26,541 bases of DNA from assembly GCA_029564175.1 (NCBI GenBank), contig JAKQQL010000124.1:1-26541 (forward strand), in the 5' to 3' direction. A program made the translations under genes and the position numbers. Below are positions 9,665-19,223 of the stretch, piece after piece. The first letter of the stretch is position 1. Each line of letters begins with the position of its first letter. The DNA comes from Candidatus Cloacimonadota bacterium. GTDB lineage: Bacteria; Cloacimonadota; Cloacimonadia; Cloacimonadales; WRIO01. The notes under the pieces are model-generated. The model made no database searches and was not told where the DNA came from. It saw only the letters and a list, made by a program, of their open reading frames with translations.

Positions 9665-9680
9665 TGGCATTGCGATTGCA
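9665..9680 (+). promoter_or_regulatory. Sigma-54 (-24/-12) promoter
   Basis: TGGCATTGCGATTGCA has the canonical GG-N10-GC spacing. It lies just upstream of ATG 9712 and is divergent from a sigma-54 activator gene. Confidence 0.8.
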
Positions 9681-9711
9681 TAATAATATAAAAAAAGAAA
9701 GAGGAGTTAAT

Positions 9712-9930
9712 ATGTGTTTCGATTTTTGGGGATTACAAATACCTGTTATTTTTAAGTATTTGATTTATTTATTACTGTTTTTAATTCTGGTTTCCCTTCT
9801 TGAGCTTCCTGATTGGATTAGTCGAAAGCTGAACGGAACATCTCCTAAAGATTTGAACAAAAAGGTGAAAGAGATGGAAACAAGAATAAACGAGCTTGAA
9901 GAAAAAGTGAAGCAGTTAGAAGAAAAATAA
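9712..9930 (+). CDS. Small single-pass membrane protein with C-terminal coiled coil
   Basis: GAGGAG RBS and ATG 9712, 72 aa. Hydrophobic YLIYLLLFLILVSLL followed by heptad-like LNKKVKEMETRINELEEKVKQLE. Confidence 0.7.
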   Translation: MCFDFWGLQIPVIFKYLIYLLLFLILVSLLELPDWISRKLNGTSPKDLNKKVKEMETRINELEEKVKQLEEK

Positions 9931-9956
9931 AGAGAAAGGCAGGATCACCATTGTCA

Positions 9957-11213
9957 ATGGATCGTGTGGTTGTCGTAAAATACTGGTCAGGAAAAAGACT
10001 CATCTCTTTTATCATTGGAGGCATTATTTTGTTTCTTCTGGTAAATGTTTATTGGTATCGGTCACATAATCATCAAATGACAGTTGATTTCGATAAACTT
10101 ATTATAAAGACTGTGTTAGAAGGAGACTTTCTTGATTATACCATTGTTTCGGGTGTGGTCAGTCCGGAGAAAACCATATACCTGGATGCGATGGAAGGGG
10201 GCAGGGTTGAAGAGATTTATGCAGAAGATGGGCAAAACTTAACTAAAGGCGATTTAATCCTCCGAATGAGCAACTCCAATCTTCAAATGAATTTAATGAA
10301 TCGCGAGTCTGAGCTGGCTGATCAGATGAACAATCTGAGAAATACCAGGCTTTTGATGGAACAGAATCGCCTGTCTTTAAAAGGACAACTCCTGGATAAT
10401 GATTATCAACTGGTAAAAGCAAAACGAGATTATGAACAGATTAGCGAATTGTACCAGAAAAAACTGGTTTCACGAAATGAGTATCAGATTGCTAAAGAAA
10501 ACTATGAGCTATATGCCAGTAAGCATCAATTGATCAGAGAAACCATTCGTCAGGATTCTCTTTTCAGAAGTGTTCAGATTGAACAATTGAATGATTCTGT
10601 GAAACGTATGAACTCCAATTTAAAACTGATCAGAGAGAAAATGGACGGTTTAATCGTGAAAGCACCTGTCAGTGGTCAGTTAAGTGGAATGAATGTGGAG
10701 ATAGGTGAAGTAAAGAATAATGGTGAAAGACTCGGCTCAGTTAATGTAACAGACTCTTATAAGATTCACGGAGAAATCAGTGAGTATTACTTAAATCGCA
10801 TCAAGCCAGGTTTATCTGCTCTTGCTGAAGCCAATAATCAAAAAATACCAGTTGTTTTATCTAAAATCCAACCAGAAGTAAAAAACGGTAATTTCCAGGT
10901 AGATTTTACTTTTCCGGATAGCCAAAACGGTCAGTACCATTTAGGTCAGTCCATGTTAGTACAACTTGAGTTAGGTCAGCCTCAGAAAGCCATCTTGTTG
11001 CCAAAAGGAACTTATTTTCAATCGACTGGCGGGCAATGGGTTTTTGTTGTGGATAAGGATCAAAAAAAAGCGCGTAAGCGTATGATAAAAACAGGCAGAC
11101 AAAACCCGGATTACTATGAAGTTACAGAAGGACTTTTGCCAGGTGAAAAAGTCATTATTTCTAATTATGAAAACTTTAAACAGGCAGATGTCCTGGAATT
11201 AAAGAAGAAATAG
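9957..11213 (+). CDS. Efflux periplasmic adaptor (membrane fusion protein, MacA/HlyD-like)
   Basis: N-terminal TM, lipoyl half-motifs (GGRVEEI...G..L.KGD and VKAPVSG), long coiled coil, and C-terminal VTEGLLPGEKVI. ATG 9957 is preferred over TTG 9951. Confidence 0.88.
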   Translation: MDRVVVVKYWSGKRLISFIIGGIILFLLVNVYWYRSHNHQMTVDFDKLIIKTVLEGDFLDYTIVSGVVSPEKTIYLDAMEGGRVEEIYAEDGQNLTKGDLILRMSNSNLQMNLMNRESELADQMNNLRNTRLLMEQNRLSLKGQLLDNDYQLVKAKRDYEQISELYQKKLVSRNEYQIAKENYELYASKHQLIRETIRQDSLFRSVQIEQLNDSVKRMNSNLKLIREKMDGLIVKAPVSGQLSGMNVEIGEVKNNGERLGSVNVTDSYKIHGEISEYYLNRIKPGLSALAEANNQKIPVVLSKIQPEVKNGNFQVDFTFPDSQNGQYHLGQSMLVQLELGQPQKAILLPKGTYFQSTGGQWVFVVDKDQKKARKRMIKTGRQNPDYYEVTEGLLPGEKVIISNYENFKQADVLELKKK

Positions 11214-11219
11214 AGTGAT

Positions 11220-11406
11220 GTAGCGTAAGCTTCCAGCTTGCGAAAAGAGAATAACAAGCAGGTTGCTTGTTCTACAACAGCTTGCGAAAAGAGAATAACA
11301 AGCAGGTTGATTGTTCTACAACAGCTTGTGAAAAGAGAATAACAAGCAGGTTGCTTGTTCTACAACAGCTTGCGAACTGACAATAGAGTCATGTCGCTTA
11401 CCGTAC
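11220..11406. repeat. Tandem array of a 44-bp REP-derived unit (3 full copies plus a partial)
   Basis: CAGCTTGCGAAAAGAGAATAACAAGCAGGTTGCTTGTTCTACAA at 11234, 11278 and 11322 (single mismatches), partial at 11366. Headed by GTAGCGTAAGCTTCCAGCTTGCG. Confidence 0.9.
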
Positions 11407-11425
11407 AAACAGAAAGGAGAAACAC

Positions 11426-12109
11426 ATGTTACGTACTAAAGACTTATGTAAGATTTTTCAAACAGACACCATAGAAACAACCGCTTTGAAGCGGGTCAAT
11501 ATCGAAATCCTTCAAGGTGAATTCGTTGCAATCGTTGGTCCTTCCGGATGTGGCAAAACCAGCTTGTTAAATATGATTGGTTTATTGGATCAGCCTACTG
11601 ACGGGGATATTTATTTTATGGGTCAGGAAGTCAGCCGGTTAAGTGAGTTTAAACGCACAATCATTCGTAAAGAGAATATTGGTTTTATCTTCCAGAGTTT
11701 TAATCTGATCGATGAGCTGACTGTATTTGAAAATGTAGAATTACCTTATTTTTATACCAAAATGGCTCCGGCAGAGCGAAAGAAAAAGGTTGATGATGTC
11801 TTGGAAAAATTACAGTTATCCCATAGAAGAAATCATTTTCCTCAGCAATTATCCGGTGGACAGCAACAAAGAGTGGCCGTTGCCAGAGCGGTTGTCAGTA
11901 ATCCAAAACTGATATTGGCTGACGAACCCACTGGTAATCTGGACTCTAAAAACGGAGAAGAAGTGATGGAATTACTTAAACAATTGAATCAGCAGGGGAC
12001 TACTATTGTGATGGTAACTCACTCACAGGTACATGCCATGTATGCACAGAGGGAGATTCATCTGTTAGATGGTCAGGTGATTAAGGGCAGTATCAGTGAT
12101 CAATTGTAA
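11426..12109 (+). CDS. ABC transporter ATP-binding protein (MacB/LolD-like)
   Basis: GPSGCGKT, LSGGQQQRVAVARA, LADEPTGNLD and VTH. Confidence 0.93.
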   Translation: MLRTKDLCKIFQTDTIETTALKRVNIEILQGEFVAIVGPSGCGKTSLLNMIGLLDQPTDGDIYFMGQEVSRLSEFKRTIIRKENIGFIFQSFNLIDELTVFENVELPYFYTKMAPAERKKKVDDVLEKLQLSHRRNHFPQQLSGGQQQRVAVARAVVSNPKLILADEPTGNLDSKNGEEVMELLKQLNQQGTTIVMVTHSQVHAMYAQREIHLLDGQVIKGSISDQL

Positions 12110-12127
12110 AGCATAAGGGGAGGAACG

Positions 12128-14566
12128 ATGTTAAGCAGTTATTTTAAAGTGGCTATACGGAATATCATGAAAACCAAATTGTACTCATTTTTAAATATTC
12201 TTGGATTATCCATCGGTTTGGCAGGATTGATTCTGATTATTTTATATACATATTATCAAATGACTTATGATACTTATCATCAGAATGCTGACCGGATATA
12301 TCGAATTGCGTCAAAGTTTTCAGTTGATGGGAAAGAAGATCTTTTTGCAGCTTCTTCATTTGCAATTGCACCCTTGTTTAAGGAGGATTATCCTGAAGTA
12401 GAAGATTTTGTACGTTTTTCAAACATGGGAGACCTGGTTCTTAAATATAACAATGCTTTGTATAAGGTCAGTGGAAATTATTTCTGTGAACAAAGTGTTT
12501 TTAAAATGTTTACCCATGAGATCATTGCCGGATCAGAAAAGGATGCGCTTACCGGTCTGAATAAAGTGGTGATTTCAGAATCTACAGCAGAAAAGATATT
12601 TGCTGATGAAGATCCAATTGGCAAAAATCTTACAAATCCACAGGGTCAGGTCTATACAGTAACAGCTGTTTTCAAAGATTTACCTGGGAATGTACATTTA
12701 AGATATAATGCGCTTTATTCAGCTGAAAACCTGAATCAAAGATTAATTGCATTACAGGGACCTGGAGCTCGTGATTATCATAATCCTCAGTTTTTATGGC
12801 AGATCAATGATATGAGCTATATTTTACTTAAATCTAATACCAATCATGACGCATTTATTAAAAAAGCAATTGGTTTTGGTGATAAATATATGAATGAGCA
12901 AGGTAAGCAGTTTAATACTTTTTTTGAACCACTCATTCAGCCATTAAGAGACACACACTATGGTAAATTACAGTGGGATTCTCCGGCAGGAAAAAAAGAA
13001 TATATCGCCTTGTTTATAATGGTTGGATTTTTTCTTTTACTGATTGCCTGTATCAATTACATGAATCTCTCAACAGCCCGATCTGCCAAAAGAGCCAAAG
13101 AAGTCGGTTTACGGAAGGTGGTTGGTGCTCAGAGGAATCAGCTGATTACCCAGTTTTTAACCGAATCGGTGTTAATCGCCCTGATAGCCCTGTTTTTTGC
13201 ATTAATCATTGCAGAGCTGGTTTTGCCTTTGTTTAATCAAATGGCAGGGACTCAATTATCTTTAAAATCCCATATACCCTGGTGGCTTTATCCTTCATTT
13301 TTAATTCTTACCGTTCTTGTAGGGATGATATCCGGTAGTTATCCTGCATTCTTTTTATCTGCGTATCAACCGGCGATTGTGATAAAAGGGGAACTGACTA
13401 AAGGGGTGAAAGGTAAGTTGATTCGAGAGATATTGGTTGTTTTTCAGTTTTCACTTTCGATCATCATGATTATATCGACTCTGGTGGTGTTAAAACAGCT
13501 CAATTATCTAAGATCTCAGCCTTTAGGTTATCAGAAAGAGAATGTGATCAACATAGAAGCTGCCCGAGATAGTGTGTATGCTCAAAATTATGTGGCTTTT
13601 CGTAATGAGATACTTAAAGAAAGTACCGTTAAAGGCGTTGCAACCAGTAACAGTGCTCCTGTAGGTGAACAGGGTAAATTGATCTTTGCTTATGAAAAAA
13701 ATGGAAAAACCGTTACGGTAGGTTTTAATTATATGGTTGTTGATCCGTCATTCTTAAAATTGATGGGTATTCCACTGGCTCAGGGCAGAAATTTTGAATC
13801 TGTTGATGGTGTTCACTATTCTGGTAAAATGATAGAAACTATTCCAACTGAATTTGTCATTAATGAGGCTGCAGCCAAATCTGCCGGCTGGTCAAACCCA
13901 ATCAATCAAAAGTTTTCCAATGCCGGTGATCCAAATCTCGGAAAAGTCATTGGAGTGGTTAAAGATTTTAACTATAATTCATTGCATAATACCGTTGAAC
14001 CTTTAGCCTTGTTACCTTCAAATCGGGTGGAACGCAGTATCAGTATCCGAATTTCTGCAGAAAATACACCGCAAACGCTGGCAAAACTGGAAGTGATCTG
14101 GGGTAAATATTTCCCCAATACACCATTTGATTATCAGTTCATAGAAGAAAAAATAGATCAGCTTTATGCTTCTGAATTAAAATTATCCAAGATATTTACC
14201 TACTTCTCCATTATGTGTATTTTGATCGCTTGTCAGGGTTTGCTTGGTTTGGCTACTTTTGCATCCCAACAGCGTACAAAAGAAATCGGTATTCGTAAAG
14301 TTATGGGATCTAATATCAGAAGTATTATCATTTTGTTAACAAAAGATTTCTCTAAACTGGTCATTATCTCCAATGTTATTGCTTTACCTTTGGCATTTTT
14401 CTTAATGAATTACTGGTTAAAGAAATTCCCGTATCATATTGGCATTCCGGTTAGTTCATTTATCATTGCCATGACCTCCGGATTTGTGATTGCCTGGCTG
14501 ACAGTCGGAGTCGTCGCCTATAAAGCCGCCTCAGCCAATCCGGTTGAAGCTCTGCATTATGAATAA
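12128..14566 (+). CDS. ABC transporter permease (duplicated MacB periplasmic and FtsX domains)
   Basis: IACINYMNLSTARSAKRAKEVGLRKVVGA, QRTKEIGIRKVMG and C-terminal ANPVEALHYE. Confidence 0.92.
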   Translation: MLSSYFKVAIRNIMKTKLYSFLNILGLSIGLAGLILIILYTYYQMTYDTYHQNADRIYRIASKFSVDGKEDLFAASSFAIAPLFKEDYPEVEDFVRFSNMGDLVLKYNNALYKVSGNYFCEQSVFKMFTHEIIAGSEKDALTGLNKVVISESTAEKIFADEDPIGKNLTNPQGQVYTVTAVFKDLPGNVHLRYNALYSAENLNQRLIALQGPGARDYHNPQFLWQINDMSYILLKSNTNHDAFIKKAIGFGDKYMNEQGKQFNTFFEPLIQPLRDTHYGKLQWDSPAGKKEYIALFIMVGFFLLLIACINYMNLSTARSAKRAKEVGLRKVVGAQRNQLITQFLTESVLIALIALFFALIIAELVLPLFNQMAGTQLSLKSHIPWWLYPSFLILTVLVGMISGSYPAFFLSAYQPAIVIKGELTKGVKGKLIREILVVFQFSLSIIMIISTLVVLKQLNYLRSQPLGYQKENVINIEAARDSVYAQNYVAFRNEILKESTVKGVATSNSAPVGEQGKLIFAYEKNGKTVTVGFNYMVVDPSFLKLMGIPLAQGRNFESVDGVHYSGKMIETIPTEFVINEAAAKSAGWSNPINQKFSNAGDPNLGKVIGVVKDFNYNSLHNTVEPLALLPSNRVERSISIRISAENTPQTLAKLEVIWGKYFPNTPFDYQFIEEKIDQLYASELKLSKIFTYFSIMCILIACQGLLGLATFASQQRTKEIGIRKVMGSNIRSIIILLTKDFSKLVIISNVIALPLAFFLMNYWLKKFPYHIGIPVSSFIIAMTSGFVIAWLTVGVVAYKAASANPVEALHYE

Positions 14567-14615
14567 AAAAGCTTGACTGGATTTTATTGCCGATAAAAAT
14601 ATGATTTTGGTTTAC

Positions 14616-14649
14616 ATCAGGATGACTGTTCAATAACAATCATCCTGAT
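14616..14649. terminator. Intergenic stem-loop (terminator or mRNA-stability hairpin)
   Basis: ATCAGGATGACTGTT-CAAT-AACAATCATCCTGAT with only a weak U-tract. Confidence 0.45.
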
Positions 14650-14692
14650 TCTTAAATTGATTAAAACAGTTTAGTTTGAAGGGTAAGGGAAC

Positions 14693-15406
14693 ATGATCGT
14701 ACTAAAGGGTGTTGGAAAAAAGTATCAAATGAATCAAATTGAAACGCAAGCGCTTAGAAATGTTAATCTGACGATTCAGGAAGGTGAATTTGTTTCAGTT
14801 ATGGGTCCTTCCGGCTCAGGAAAATCTACTTTAATGAATGTGATTGGATTGATTGATTCTATGAGTGATGGTGAATATTATTACCGAAATCAGCTGGTAT
14901 CAGCTTATAACGAAAAACAAAAAACGAACCTGAGAAAACTGAATATGGGTTTTGTTTTTCAGAAATTTTACCTGATAGATGAATTAAGTGTCTATAATAA
15001 TATTGAAATTCCTTTGTCATTTTTTAATCATAGTGCCAAAGAAAAAAAGAAAAGAGTGCTAAGTATAATGGAGAGACTCCATATTACGGATCTTGCCCAT
15101 AAAAAGCCAATTGATTTATCCGGTGGTCAGCAACAACGGGTGGCTGTGGCAAGAGCTCTCGTACATTCTCCTCAAGTTGTTTTAGCGGATGAGCCCACAG
15201 GAAATCTGGACTCTAAAAATGGGGAGGAAGTGATACGCTTGTTTCGTGAATTCAATCAGGATGGTACAACTATCGTAATGATTACACATTCTGAAAACTA
15301 TGCCCGTATGGGAAGTCGGGTCATTAATCTGTTTGATGGTGAGATTGTAACGGATAATTTCTTTGAAAATATCCGTCAGACACATCAGAAAAAAGGATTT
15401 TATTAA
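14693..15406 (+). CDS. Second ABC transporter ATP-binding protein (paralog of 11426-12109)
   Basis: GPSGSGKST, LSGGQQQRVAVARA and LADEPTGNLDSKNGEEV, shared with the first ATPase. Confidence 0.92.
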   Translation: MIVLKGVGKKYQMNQIETQALRNVNLTIQEGEFVSVMGPSGSGKSTLMNVIGLIDSMSDGEYYYRNQLVSAYNEKQKTNLRKLNMGFVFQKFYLIDELSVYNNIEIPLSFFNHSAKEKKKRVLSIMERLHITDLAHKKPIDLSGGQQQRVAVARALVHSPQVVLADEPTGNLDSKNGEEVIRLFREFNQDGTTIVMITHSENYARMGSRVINLFDGEIVTDNFFENIRQTHQKKGFY

Positions 15407-15445
15407 ATAAAAGTAAGCTGTAAAACGACCACTCTGGTCATTTTC

Positions 15446-15513
15446 GTACTGCGAGTATCCTGCTTGCAGAAAATGCTACAGCTGATACTAAACGGGCAAG
15501 ATGCCTGTTCTAC
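15446..15513. repeat. Inverted REP pair (REPIN-like)
   Basis: GTACTGCGAGTATCCTGCTTGCAG followed by inverted ACGGGCAAGATGCCTGTTCTAC. Confidence 0.7.
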
Positions 15514-15835
15514 AAAAAGCGTAATAGATATAATGTAATACAATCATCCTGGTCGTTTACTAAAAGCATACCTCTAAATCAATCCCTTTTTTACAAAATA
15601 TCTCGATACTTCTATACTCATATTCTCATTAAAAATCGAATAATACTCATATGATTCCCTTATCTATCCTGTAGAAAACCCATTTTTCAACAACTATCTG
15701 CCATCTGATCACTGCCTCTTAACAAGCGAGATTGCTAAAAAGATTAAGAGAAAATGAATAGGAATGAAAGAGGAAAGAAAGAGACTGAATGCTCCAATGA
15801 AAATGAGCTACTCTGATCATTTCCGAATATTTTTA

Positions 15836-15877
15836 TTGACAGTTTTTATAATTCCTATTATATTGCACACGTGTGCA
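15836..15877 (+). promoter_or_regulatory. Sigma-70 promoter with an overlapping palindromic operator for the TetR gene
   Basis: TTGACA-N17-TATATT (15836-15864). A perfect 14-bp palindrome TGCACACGTGTGCA (15864-15877) lies over the expected transcription start. Confidence 0.75.
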
Positions 15878-15891
15878 TTAAAAGAGGTGGT

Positions 15892-16530
15892 ATGAAAAGA
15901 AGAAAAAAAGATGAAGAAGATTTAAGGAAAGAGGAAATGTTAAATTTGGCATATCATTTTTTCTTAGATAAGGGCTTTGAAAACTTCAGTATGGATGATT
16001 TAGCCAAAAAATTTGGCTGTGCCAGACGCTCAATCTATACTTATTTTAAGAGTAAAAATGACATCTATATGGCTTTATATATTCGAAATTCAAAAGTAAA
16101 AATGGAAAAACTTCAAGAAGTCATCAGAAGAGAGAAATCTCCTACTGAGACATTGATAGATTTTCTAAATGCCTATTATATACTTTCTCTTGAGCAAAAA
16201 GACTTTGTAAAATTTCAACTAAAAATGGATAGCTCTGATTTTGACTGGAATCTGATATCAGAAGATTATCAGAAGGAATACGTTATCGCTTCTGAAGAAT
16301 ATTTTGGCATTCTAACAGGTTTAATGCAAAAAGGGATTGATATGGGTTTGTTTAAAAACGATATTCATCCTAGGGTAATGTTTGCCGAAATTATGTTTTC
16401 AATGAGAGGTGTTTTGAATAGGTCTATCTTGTTTCCTGATCAGACTTATGTAATTAAAAAAGGCTTAGTAACAGCAGAAGAGTTCTTTCAGATTTATATA
16501 AAAATGATAATAGATGGTATAAGGAAATAA
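15892..16530 (+). CDS. TetR/AcrR-family transcriptional regulator
   Basis: FLDKGFENFSMDDLAKKFGCARRSIYTYFKSKNDI HTH. GAGGTG RBS precedes ATG 15892. Confidence 0.9.
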   Translation: MKRRKKDEEDLRKEEMLNLAYHFFLDKGFENFSMDDLAKKFGCARRSIYTYFKSKNDIYMALYIRNSKVKMEKLQEVIRREKSPTETLIDFLNAYYILSLEQKDFVKFQLKMDSSDFDWNLISEDYQKEYVIASEEYFGILTGLMQKGIDMGLFKNDIHPRVMFAEIMFSMRGVLNRSILFPDQTYVIKKGLVTAEEFFQIYIKMIIDGIRK

Positions 16531-16556
16531 CACGATTAAAAAAAGGGGAGGGAATT

Positions 16557-18908
16557 ATGAAATTCTCAAAAAATGCAGTCTTAAGTTTGATTTTCATGGT
16601 AGCTGTTAATCTTTTAATTGCACAGGCATATCAATTCAAAGAGCATGTCGTAAACAGTTCAATTCCTTTTACAGCCGGTATTGCCACCGGATTGATTGAT
16701 AATGATAATCTGCCAGATATTGTAGGCGGATCAAATGTTACTTTAAGATGGTATAAACAGAATGAGGGAGAGAGTCAATGGACTGAATACGAGATCGACA
16801 ATACTGTTCGATCCGTATTCAGTTGTGTTTTAGGCGATTTTAACAATGATGGAAAAAATGATATTGCCATTGCATCATGGGGTTTGCATCAGATTATAGT
16901 CTATTATCAGACGGGAGAGGGAACTGTCAGCTGGATAAAGCAAATCGTAGCTTCTGGTTTTAGCAATGCTCACGAAGTTTTTTGTAAAGATATTGATGGG
17001 GATGGAGATTTGGATTTGGCTGGTGCAGCAGCAGCCGGCAATGAAATTGCCGTTTGGTATAACAATGGAGGTAATCCCTGCAACTGGCAGAAACAAAGTC
17101 TTTCTATGAATGAACCTGGTGCTAGATCAGTTTACATAACTGATTTGAATAATGATGGGGTGACAGAACTGGTCTCTGCAACTATGGATATGAACAAAGT
17201 GTCTGTTTGGTTTCAGGTTGATTATGAACCATACTGGCAGGAAGTGGTGATTGACAATCAGCTGGTGGGTGCTCATCGTGTCAGATCAGTCGATATTGAT
17301 AATGATGGTCTTTTAGATCTCATCGCTCAGGGTTATGCTGGCAACATTGTTGCCTGGTATCGCCAGAACAGTGGCAATAATTACAGTTTTACCAGACATG
17401 ATATCGATACGATGTGTAATCATAGTCTTGATGTAATGTTTGCTGATTTCAATCTTGACGGAGTCAATGAAATTGTTTCCACCTCACAAAATACCAATAC
17501 CCTTGCCTCTTACGTCAGAAATGGAACTTATCCGTTTAACTGGCAAAAGAATGTTATCAGTAACACCTTTATTGACCCGTGGAGAGTAGAACCAAATGAT
17601 ATGGATAATGATGGGGATGTTGACTTTGTTGCCGGATCATTTAATGGAAATAAAATATCTTTTTGGGAGAATACTTTTATATCATGTGATTTTACGCTTA
17701 ATCATAACTCAGGGCATGCACCTTTAAGTGTCAGCTTTAATAATATATCTCAGGATTTAATACCCTTTACTCAGTTTGCCTGGGATTTCAACGGTGACGA
17801 TATTGTAGATTCATATGAAGAAAATCCGGTTTATACCTATACAACACCAGGTATTTATACTGTTAAATTAAGTGTTACAAATGAAAATCATACACTAAGT
17901 CGATGTTATGAAAATATGGTTTCCGTTTTCAACGGCAACTCAGCTATTATGTTTAATGGCAATAATACGACAGCCTCTACTTCATCAGAAGATACATTCA
18001 ATCTGACAGGCCCATTAACTATTGAATGCTGGATTAAGCTGAATGGCTGGGGGCAGGACTCTTTTAACGGTTATGGGATGATTATTGATAAAAGAAAACT
18101 GAATTTAAAAGTCAAAAAAGAAAATGGGAATCAAAACGGTAATTGTTTGGTTCTGACATACAGCTCGACACAAGGTCCGGTTACACTTATGTCAGAGAAT
18201 AACTCGCTTTCACTTAATCAATGGACTCATATTGCAGTTAGCTTTAATGGGGCTGATGAAGCAAAAATGTATATTGATGGAATGGAAGTTTCGGTGAATG
18301 TAGAATCCATCCCAAATGCAAATATTTCAGACAATTCTGCTTATCCATTGAATATAGGAGATAGTTTTAATGGTAATTTCAGCTTTGATGGAGTTATTGA
18401 TGAACTTAGAATTTGGCAATCAGTGCGTAGTGGTGATGAAATTTTTTATCATATGAATCATCTGATCAATCCATCCAATCCTGACTTAATCTCTTATTAT
18501 CGTTTTAATGAGGGGAATGGAAATACTTTAACAGACTTAAAAGGCAATCATGATGTGATGATAGAAAATCATCAATGGGTTTCTGGAAATACAGATACAT
18601 TGTTGTCAGGCGATGAGCAAAATCATAAACCCGAAATGAAAAACATTTGTGCATATCCAAATCCATTCAATCCTTCAACTTGTATTAAGTTTTCTCTTCA
18701 ATCAAGTGCTCGTGTGAAACTTAATATCTATAATGTCAAGGGTCAAAAAGTAAAAAGTCTGATTGATTCATACATTTATCCGGGAGAACATCGCCTTTAT
18801 TGGGATGGAAAGGATGATGCTCAGCACTATGTCTCTTCTGGAATCTACTTCATTCGCCTGGAGACTTCTGATACTATCGAAAACCATAAAATAATTTTAA
18901 TTAAATAA
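16557..18908 (+). CDS. Secreted FG-GAP/VCBS-repeat protein with PKD, LamG-like and FlgD-Ig/sorting-type C-terminal domains
   Basis: Signal peptide; about seven D(I/F/L/M)(D/N)xDGxxD repeats; GHAPLSVSF...WDFNGD...PGIYTVKL (PKD); TIECWIK...WTHIAVS...FDGVIDELRIW (LamG); YPNPFNPST tail. Confidence 0.85.
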   Translation: MKFSKNAVLSLIFMVAVNLLIAQAYQFKEHVVNSSIPFTAGIATGLIDNDNLPDIVGGSNVTLRWYKQNEGESQWTEYEIDNTVRSVFSCVLGDFNNDGKNDIAIASWGLHQIIVYYQTGEGTVSWIKQIVASGFSNAHEVFCKDIDGDGDLDLAGAAAAGNEIAVWYNNGGNPCNWQKQSLSMNEPGARSVYITDLNNDGVTELVSATMDMNKVSVWFQVDYEPYWQEVVIDNQLVGAHRVRSVDIDNDGLLDLIAQGYAGNIVAWYRQNSGNNYSFTRHDIDTMCNHSLDVMFADFNLDGVNEIVSTSQNTNTLASYVRNGTYPFNWQKNVISNTFIDPWRVEPNDMDNDGDVDFVAGSFNGNKISFWENTFISCDFTLNHNSGHAPLSVSFNNISQDLIPFTQFAWDFNGDDIVDSYEENPVYTYTTPGIYTVKLSVTNENHTLSRCYENMVSVFNGNSAIMFNGNNTTASTSSEDTFNLTGPLTIECWIKLNGWGQDSFNGYGMIIDKRKLNLKVKKENGNQNGNCLVLTYSSTQGPVTLMSENNSLSLNQWTHIAVSFNGADEAKMYIDGMEVSVNVESIPNANISDNSAYPLNIGDSFNGNFSFDGVIDELRIWQSVRSGDEIFYHMNHLINPSNPDLISYYRFNEGNGNTLTDLKGNHDVMIENHQWVSGNTDTLLSGDEQNHKPEMKNICAYPNPFNPSTCIKFSLQSSARVKLNIYNVKGQKVKSLIDSYIYPGEHRLYWDGKDDAQHYVSSGIYFIRLETSDTIENHKIILIK

Positions 18909-18980
18909 ACTTAATTAAAACGTTTTGTTATTCATGCTTACAGTTTAATTTTACAATTGTTACTCAATTGAAATCTTTAT

Positions 18981-19020
18981 AACTGCTTTTTCGTTTTTGG
19001 AAAAGCAGTTTTCTGTTTTT
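18981..19020 (+). terminator. Rho-independent terminator
   Basis: Stem AACTGCTTTT/AAAAGCAGTT followed by TTCTGTTTTT, downstream of the stop at 18908. Confidence 0.65.
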
Positions 19021-19163
19021 GATGGCGTTATGCTTAAACAAAGTACTGATACTATTCAGTTTTACCAGATATTTATTCTTTGCGTACTTTGTAACCTTTG
19101 CGAGATTCAATATCTGCTAACTGTTCTTGTATGATGTTTAGACAAGAAAAATCTGATTTTTTT

Positions 19164-19223
19164 AAAAAAAATGAAGAAAAAACAGAAATAAGCATTTTTG
19201 TCAGGGTAATATAGATAGAGGGT
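19164..19223 (+). repeat. Direct repeat copy 1 (32-bp identical core)
   Basis: GCATTTTTGTCAGGGTAATATAGATAGAGGGT at 19192-19223 is identical to 24980-25011. Similarity extends upstream (GAAGAAAAA..ACAGAAATA). Confidence 0.9.

Noticed and set aside
9664..9711. TTG start for the small membrane protein
   Set aside because: It lies within the sigma-54 promoter; ATG 9712 has the RBS.
11234..11376. 44-bp repeats as a CRISPR array
   Set aside because: The units are contiguous with no unique spacers, no cas genes are present, and the unit matches the dispersed REP family.
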